From: an uncultured Christensenella sp. | Lineage (GTDB): Bacteria; Bacillota; Clostridia; Christensenellales; Borkfalkiaceae | Assembly (NCBI GenBank): GCA_964576995.1 | Contig: CAZNWP010000001.1 | Span: 1-57,890 of the forward strand | Length of the DNA stretch: 57,890 bases | Reading direction: 5' to 3' | Part shown: piece by piece, positions 53,578-57,890 of the stretch | Layout: each line of letters starts with the position of its first letter | How positions within the stretch are numbered: position 1 is the first letter of the stretch | Notes under the pieces: model-generated | What the model was told of the DNA's origin: nothing | The model's database searches: none | Seen by the model: the letters and a program-made list of their open reading frames with translations, nothing else | Translations under genes and position numbers: made by a program

Positions 53578-54447
53578 TTATACTCCGTCTCCCGTCCAAA
53601 GCCCCGAATTTCCGCAAGGCAATATAACGCCTTCCTCTTCGGTTTTAAGTCCGACTTCGTACGCGATCGTTTTCCCTCCGCGTTTTTTCTTTATCGCTAT
53701 TTCGAGCACGTTTTTTATAACCTGCGGTTGCAGTCCCGTCGTATAACTGTTTATTAAGAAAAACAACGGGTTATCCGATAACACCTTTTCGCAAAGCGTA
53801 ACTAGCGGAAAGAGTTCGCTTTCCAATTTCCACACTTCACCGTTCGCGCCTCTGCCGTACGACGGCGGATCCATTATAACCGCGTCGTATTTTCTGCCAC
53901 GGCGTATCTCGCGTTCTACGAATTTTTTGCAATCGTCTATTATATACCTTACGTTTTTACCGGAAAGTCCCGATAATCTCACGTTCTCGCCCGCGCGCTC
54001 CACCATCGCTTTAGCCGCGTCGACGTGGCAAACCGACGCGCCCGCTTTTAAGCACGCGACGGTCGCGCCGCCCGTATACGCAAAAAGGTTTAATACGTTT
54101 ATTTCCCTTTTAGCGTTTTTTATAAGTTCGCGCATAGCGTCCCAATTAACCGCTTGTTCGGGAAATAACCCCGTGTGCTTAAACCCCATCGGCTTAACTT
54201 TAAATTTAAGGTCGCCGTACTCTACCGCCCATTCGGACGGAATATCGCGTTTATAAATCCATCTGCCGCCGCCGGTTTCGCTGCGTTCGTATTTCGCGCA
54301 TAAACCTTTATAGCGTTCCATATCGACGGCGGATTTCCAAATCGCCTGAGGATCGGGGCGAAGCAAGATAACCTTGCCCCACCTCTCCAATTTATATCCG
54401 TCGCCCGAAGCGATTACGGAATAGTCCTTCCACTCCGCGGCGCGCAT
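53578..54447 (-). CDS. Class I SAM-dependent methyltransferase (RlmI/YccW-like core, probably rRNA)
   Basis: VLNLFAYTGGATVA (SAM motif I), VIMDPPSYGRG (motif IV DPPxY/F). Confidence 0.75.
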   Translation of the reverse strand: MRAAEWKDYSVIASGDGYKLERWGKVILLRPDPQAIWKSAVDMERYKGLCAKYERSETGGGRWIYKRDIPSEWAVEYGDLKFKVKPMGFKHTGLFPEQAVNWDAMRELIKNAKREINVLNLFAYTGGATVACLKAGASVCHVDAAKAMVERAGENVRLSGLSGKNVRYIIDDCKKFVEREIRRGRKYDAVIMDPPSYGRGANGEVWKLESELFPLVTLCEKVLSDNPLFFLINSYTTGLQPQVIKNVLEIAIKKKRGGKTIAYEVGLKTEEEGVILPCGNSGLWTGDGV

Positions 54448-57400
54448 TATTTAGCCGCCTTGTTTACGGTAACGGTACATTTCGCGCCGTTTACGTCGAG
54501 TTCTTTTTTAAATCCGTCCGACTCGCCTTCGGTTACATCGTCCGCCAATATAACGGTTTTTAAATCTTTTCCGAAAAGCATCGCTTTTTTTACGTTTTCG
54601 TCGTCGGTAATAAATTTAACGGTTATTCTGTCCGTAACTTCGAAGCCCGCTTCTTTTCTCATCGACTGAATTTTAGAGATAAGTTCGCGCTCTACGCCCT
54701 CCGCTAAAAGTTCGGGCGTTACGTTGGTATCCATAATTACCGTTACGCCGTGATCGCTAGCGGAAACGAAGCCTTCTTTACTCAGAGTCTCTATAAGCAA
54801 ATCGCTTTCCGCAAACTCGAAGTCGTCTCCCTCGAAGTTTACTTTATATACCTCGCCGCTCTTTACCGTATCGACTACGGCTTTCGCGTCGCAAGTTTCA
54901 AAGAATTTTCTCACCTTGCCTAACTTCGCGCCGTACTTAGGTCCTAACGTTTTAAGTTGCGGTTTTATTTTATAAGAGATAAAGTCCGCCGCGCTATCCG
55001 TTAATTCGATTTCTTTAACGTTAAGTTCGTCCTTCGCGATGTCGAGAAGGTCGTAAGACAAGTTTTTAACTCCGTCCGCGCTTACGAAAACCTTCGAAAG
55101 CGGTTGACGGTTTTTAATGTTCGAAGCGTTTCTCGCCGCTCTTCCCAAAACGACTATATCGAGAACGTTTTCCATACCCTTTTCGAGTTCTTCGTTTATC
55201 GCGCTATCGTCCGCCGTCGGGAATTTGCAAAGATGAACGGATATGGGTTGATCTTTGTAAAATTCGGGAACGAGATTTTGATAAATGCTCTCCGACATAA
55301 ACGGAGTGAACGGCGCGGAAAGTTTAGACATGGTAACGAGTACGGTGTAAAGCGTCGTGTAAGCGGCGATTTTATCGTCCGTCATATCGTGTCCCCAATA
55401 TCTTTCCCTACCGCGACGAACGTACCAATTCGACAATTCGTCGGCGAACGCTGACAACGCTCTCGCGCTTCCCGTTATATCGTAAGAAGCGAGCCCTTTA
55501 TCCACCGTCTTAATAAGCGAGTTGAGCCCCGATAATATCCATTTATCCATAAGCGTCAACTTGCAGTTTTTAATATCGTATTTAGACGGATCGTATTTAT
55601 CGATTTCGGCGTATAACACGAAGAACGCGTAAGTATTCCAAAGCGTACCCATATATTTTCTTTGCGCTTCGGATACTGCTTCGTCGTAAAATCTCGACGG
55701 CAACCACGGATTAGAACCCGTATAGAAATACCATCTCACCGCGTCTGCGCCTTGTTTATCGAGAACGCTCCACGGATCTACGACGTTACCTTTATGCTTA
55801 CTCATTTTAATGCCGTTTTTATCGTTTACGTGTCCTAAAACTATGCAGTTTTTGAACGGCGCTTTATCGAACAGCAACGTCGATATCGCGAGCAACGTAT
55901 AAAACCAACCTCTCGTTTGGTCGATAGCCTCGGAAATAAAGTCCGCGGGGAAATGTTTTTCGAACAGTTCCTTGTTTTCAAACGGATAGTGATACTGAGC
56001 GAAAGGCATAGAACCGGAATCGAACCAGCAGTCGATAACGTCTTTTTCTCTCACGAAAGTACCGCCGCAATCGCACGCGAAAGTGCAATCGTCGATATAC
56101 GGACGATGAAGTTCGATATCGCCTTCTATACCGCAAAGTTCTTTGAGTTCCTTTTTAGAACCGATAACGTGAACTTTGCCACATTTGTTGCATACCCATA
56201 CGGGAAGCGGCGTTCCCCAATAGCGTTCGCGGGAAATACCCCAGTCGATAACGTTTTCGAGGAAGTTGCCCATTCTGCCCTTCTTTATCGTGTCGGGCAT
56301 CCAATTTATAGAGTCGTTCGCGGCGAGAAGTCTGTCTTTTACCGCGGTAACCTTAATAAACCAACTCTCTCTCGGATAGTAGATGAGCGGAGTGTCGCAA
56401 CGCCAACAGAACGGGTAACTATGCGTAAATTCCATAGTCTTAAATAAAAGTCCGCGTTCTTTTAAATCTTTTATAATAAGTTTGTCCGCGTCTTTAACGA
56501 AAATGCCCGCAAACTTTCCGCAACGCGCGTCGAGTTTTCCGTCGGGTTCGACGAGACGTATCGAGGGCAAACCGTAGCGGTCTCCGACGACGTGGTCGTC
56601 CTCACCGTAAACGGGTGCGATATGAACGATACCCGTGCCGTCCTCCATAGTAACGTAGTCGGCGTTGGTAACGAAATACGCTTTTTGATTTTTAGCCTTT
56701 ATATCCGCGAGCGCGAAGTCGAAAAGCGGTTCGTATTCGTAATATTCGTAATCTTTACCCGTTTTCTCGTTAAGCGTTTCGTACTCTTCGAAGTATTTTT
56801 CAACGAGCGGTTTTGCAAGAATATAATGCGTGCCGTCCGCAACTTTTATTTCGACGTACGTTTCCGCGGGGTTCATACAGAGAGCCATATTGTTAGGAAG
56901 CGTCCAAGGCGTCGTCGTCCACGCGAGGAAATAAGTATTCTCTTGGAATTTAGCCTTAAACCCGGCGATAACCGACGTTTCTTTAACGTCCTTATAGCCT
57001 TGCGCCACTTCGTGCGAAGAAAGAGCCGTTCCGCAACGCGGGCAATAAGGCACGATTTTGTAGCCTTTATATAAGAGCCCCTTTTCGGCGATTTGCTTTA
57101 ACGCCCACCATTCGGACTCGATATAATTATCGTCGTAAGTTATGTACGGATTTTCCATATCTGCCCAATAACCTACGCGATCGCTCATTTTTTCCCATTC
57201 GGTTTTATATTTCCAAACGGATTCTTTGCATTTTTTTATAAAAGGTTCGATGCCGTAGTTTTCGATATCCTTTTTACCGTCGATGCCGAGAAGTTTTTCC
57301 ACTTCGAGTTCAACGGGAAGTCCGTGCGTATCCCAGCCCGCCTTTCTTAAACAATGTTCGCCTTTCATAACGCGATAACGCGGGATAATGTCTTTAATTA

Positions 57401-57587
57401 CGCGCGTTAAAATATGCCCGATGTGAGGCTTACCGTTAGCCGTGGGCGGTCCGTCGTAAAAGGTAAATTCTTTTTGTCCGTCGTTTTCCGCAACGTTCTT
57501 TTCGAAAATCTCGTTTTCTTTCCAGAATTTCAAAACTTCTTTTTCCCTATCGAGAAAGTTAAGGGAAGTGTCAACTTTTTTATACAT
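54447..57587 (-). CDS. ileS: Isoleucine-tRNA ligase, long type-2 form (1046 aa)
   Basis: PPTANGKPHIGH (HIGH), KMSKHKGN (KMSKS), CP1 editing domain. Length and C-terminus match type-2 IleRS. GGAG 6 nt upstream of the ATG. Confidence 0.95.
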   Translation of the reverse strand: MYKKVDTSLNFLDREKEVLKFWKENEIFEKNVAENDGQKEFTFYDGPPTANGKPHIGHILTRVIKDIIPRYRVMKGEHCLRKAGWDTHGLPVELEVEKLLGIDGKKDIENYGIEPFIKKCKESVWKYKTEWEKMSDRVGYWADMENPYITYDDNYIESEWWALKQIAEKGLLYKGYKIVPYCPRCGTALSSHEVAQGYKDVKETSVIAGFKAKFQENTYFLAWTTTPWTLPNNMALCMNPAETYVEIKVADGTHYILAKPLVEKYFEEYETLNEKTGKDYEYYEYEPLFDFALADIKAKNQKAYFVTNADYVTMEDGTGIVHIAPVYGEDDHVVGDRYGLPSIRLVEPDGKLDARCGKFAGIFVKDADKLIIKDLKERGLLFKTMEFTHSYPFCWRCDTPLIYYPRESWFIKVTAVKDRLLAANDSINWMPDTIKKGRMGNFLENVIDWGISRERYWGTPLPVWVCNKCGKVHVIGSKKELKELCGIEGDIELHRPYIDDCTFACDCGGTFVREKDVIDCWFDSGSMPFAQYHYPFENKELFEKHFPADFISEAIDQTRGWFYTLLAISTLLFDKAPFKNCIVLGHVNDKNGIKMSKHKGNVVDPWSVLDKQGADAVRWYFYTGSNPWLPSRFYDEAVSEAQRKYMGTLWNTYAFFVLYAEIDKYDPSKYDIKNCKLTLMDKWILSGLNSLIKTVDKGLASYDITGSARALSAFADELSNWYVRRGRERYWGHDMTDDKIAAYTTLYTVLVTMSKLSAPFTPFMSESIYQNLVPEFYKDQPISVHLCKFPTADDSAINEELEKGMENVLDIVVLGRAARNASNIKNRQPLSKVFVSADGVKNLSYDLLDIAKDELNVKEIELTDSAADFISYKIKPQLKTLGPKYGAKLGKVRKFFETCDAKAVVDTVKSGEVYKVNFEGDDFEFAESDLLIETLSKEGFVSASDHGVTVIMDTNVTPELLAEGVERELISKIQSMRKEAGFEVTDRITVKFITDDENVKKAMLFGKDLKTVILADDVTEGESDGFKKELDVNGAKCTVTVNKAAK

Positions 57588-57700
57588 AATACGCTCCGAT
57601 ATTTTTTACCGATAAAATTTTACTCACATAATAGTATACCGATATTTATCGATTTTGTAAAGTTAATTTTAACTAAATTCTTTTTTTTCGGTTAAAAAAC

Positions 57701-57729
57701 TTGCTTTATTTTAATTTTTACGATAAAAT
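57701..57729 (+). promoter_or_regulatory. SRP RNA promoter
   Basis: TTGCTT (57701-57706), 17 nt, TAAAAT (57724-57729). An overlapping TATAAT lies at 57729-57734. Confidence 0.55.
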
Positions 57730-57734
57730 ATAAT

Positions 57735-57890
57735 CACCGCGCTATGCGGGGAGCCGGCGATGCCCTGTAATCCGCAATTCGCCAAGCGGAGCAGAACGCT
57801 TATTCGAGGCTTAACGCGTGGAAGGCTGAATTTTATAAGGGACGTTGATGTTAAGGTCTTGTGCAACGCGTTCCCGCGAACCGTGTCAGA
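57735..57890 (+). ncRNA. ffs: Signal recognition particle RNA, long Bacillus/Clostridium type with Alu domain (5' part; runs off the window)
   Basis: GCGCUAUGCGGGGAGCCGGCGAUGCCCUGUAAUCCGCAAU... parallels the B. subtilis scRNA 5' domain (GUGCUAAGCGGGGAGGUAGCGGUGCCCUGUACCUGCAAUCCGC). The window ends in GAACCGUGUCAG, which in scRNA (GAACCAUGUCAGGUCCGGAAGGAAGCAGC) leads into the conserved domain IV. Confidence 0.8.

Noticed and set aside
57588-57734. Expected T-box riboswitch upstream of ileS.
   Set aside because: The region is too short and AT-rich, with no specifier loop or T-box consensus visible. The GC-rich structured sequence beyond it is the divergently transcribed SRP RNA.
1-57890. Searched by eye for CRISPR arrays, tRNA/rRNA genes, transposases, integrases, IS inverted repeats and restriction-modification methyltransferases.
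   Set aside because: None was found. There are no regularly spaced repeats, no GGTTCGAATCC-type tRNA arms outside coding sequence, and no recombinase or DPPY/SAM-motif protein in the island. The only methyltransferases present are the host rsmH and an RlmI-like core-genome enzyme.

Overview
The window has two very different halves.

**(A) Positions 1 to about 18,846: AT-rich, CpG-poor accessory island.** A spot count of line 1-60 gives 27% GC and 0 CpG. All genes are on the minus strand.
- Its core is a tightly coupled operon led by an XRE regulator and driven by one consensus sigma-70 promoter.
- The operon encodes, in order: a NERD-UvrD SF1 helicase, an AddB-like partner with a C-X2-C-X5-C Fe-S signature and a DYK nuclease motif, a RapA-like SNF2 ATPase, a RecQ-like SF2 helicase, a 267-aa unknown protein, and a P-loop NTPase of more than 820 aa that runs off the left edge.
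- I consider this a candidate undescribed multi-helicase defence system. It may be distantly related to the dpdE-H restriction module.
- Next to it lie a stand-alone Cas4/DUF2779-like nuclease, a 160-aa orphan, and two paralogous regulators with sigma-70 region-4-like HTH domains.

**(B) Positions about 18,846 to 57,890: ordinary core genome of a spore-forming Bacillota (Clostridia-like) organism.** A spot count of line 19021-19080 gives 47% GC and 6 CpG.
- Gene content: mraZ-rsmH-ftsL-like-PBP (dcw cluster), murI, rpsT, cwlD, pfp, pfkA, dnaE, whiA, a PHP protein, murB, an M16 peptidase, a ylxY-like deacetylase, pnp, rpsO, a hemZ-like radical SAM gene, an MBL hydrolase, relA, recJ, secDF, split chrA, rluD-like, a methyltransferase, type-2 ileS, and the 5' part of a long Bacillus-type SRP RNA.
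- The island boundary falls inside the class B PBP gene, 11 codons after its KTG motif. This means either an insertion truncated the gene or the contig is chimeric.
- Smaller oddities: a frameshifted deacetylase gene, an S20 protein with a repeat-containing lysine-rich tail, an SD-sequestering rpsO leader, and a triple 8-mer repeat upstream of secDF.

I saw no CRISPR array, tRNA, rRNA, transposase or integrase.
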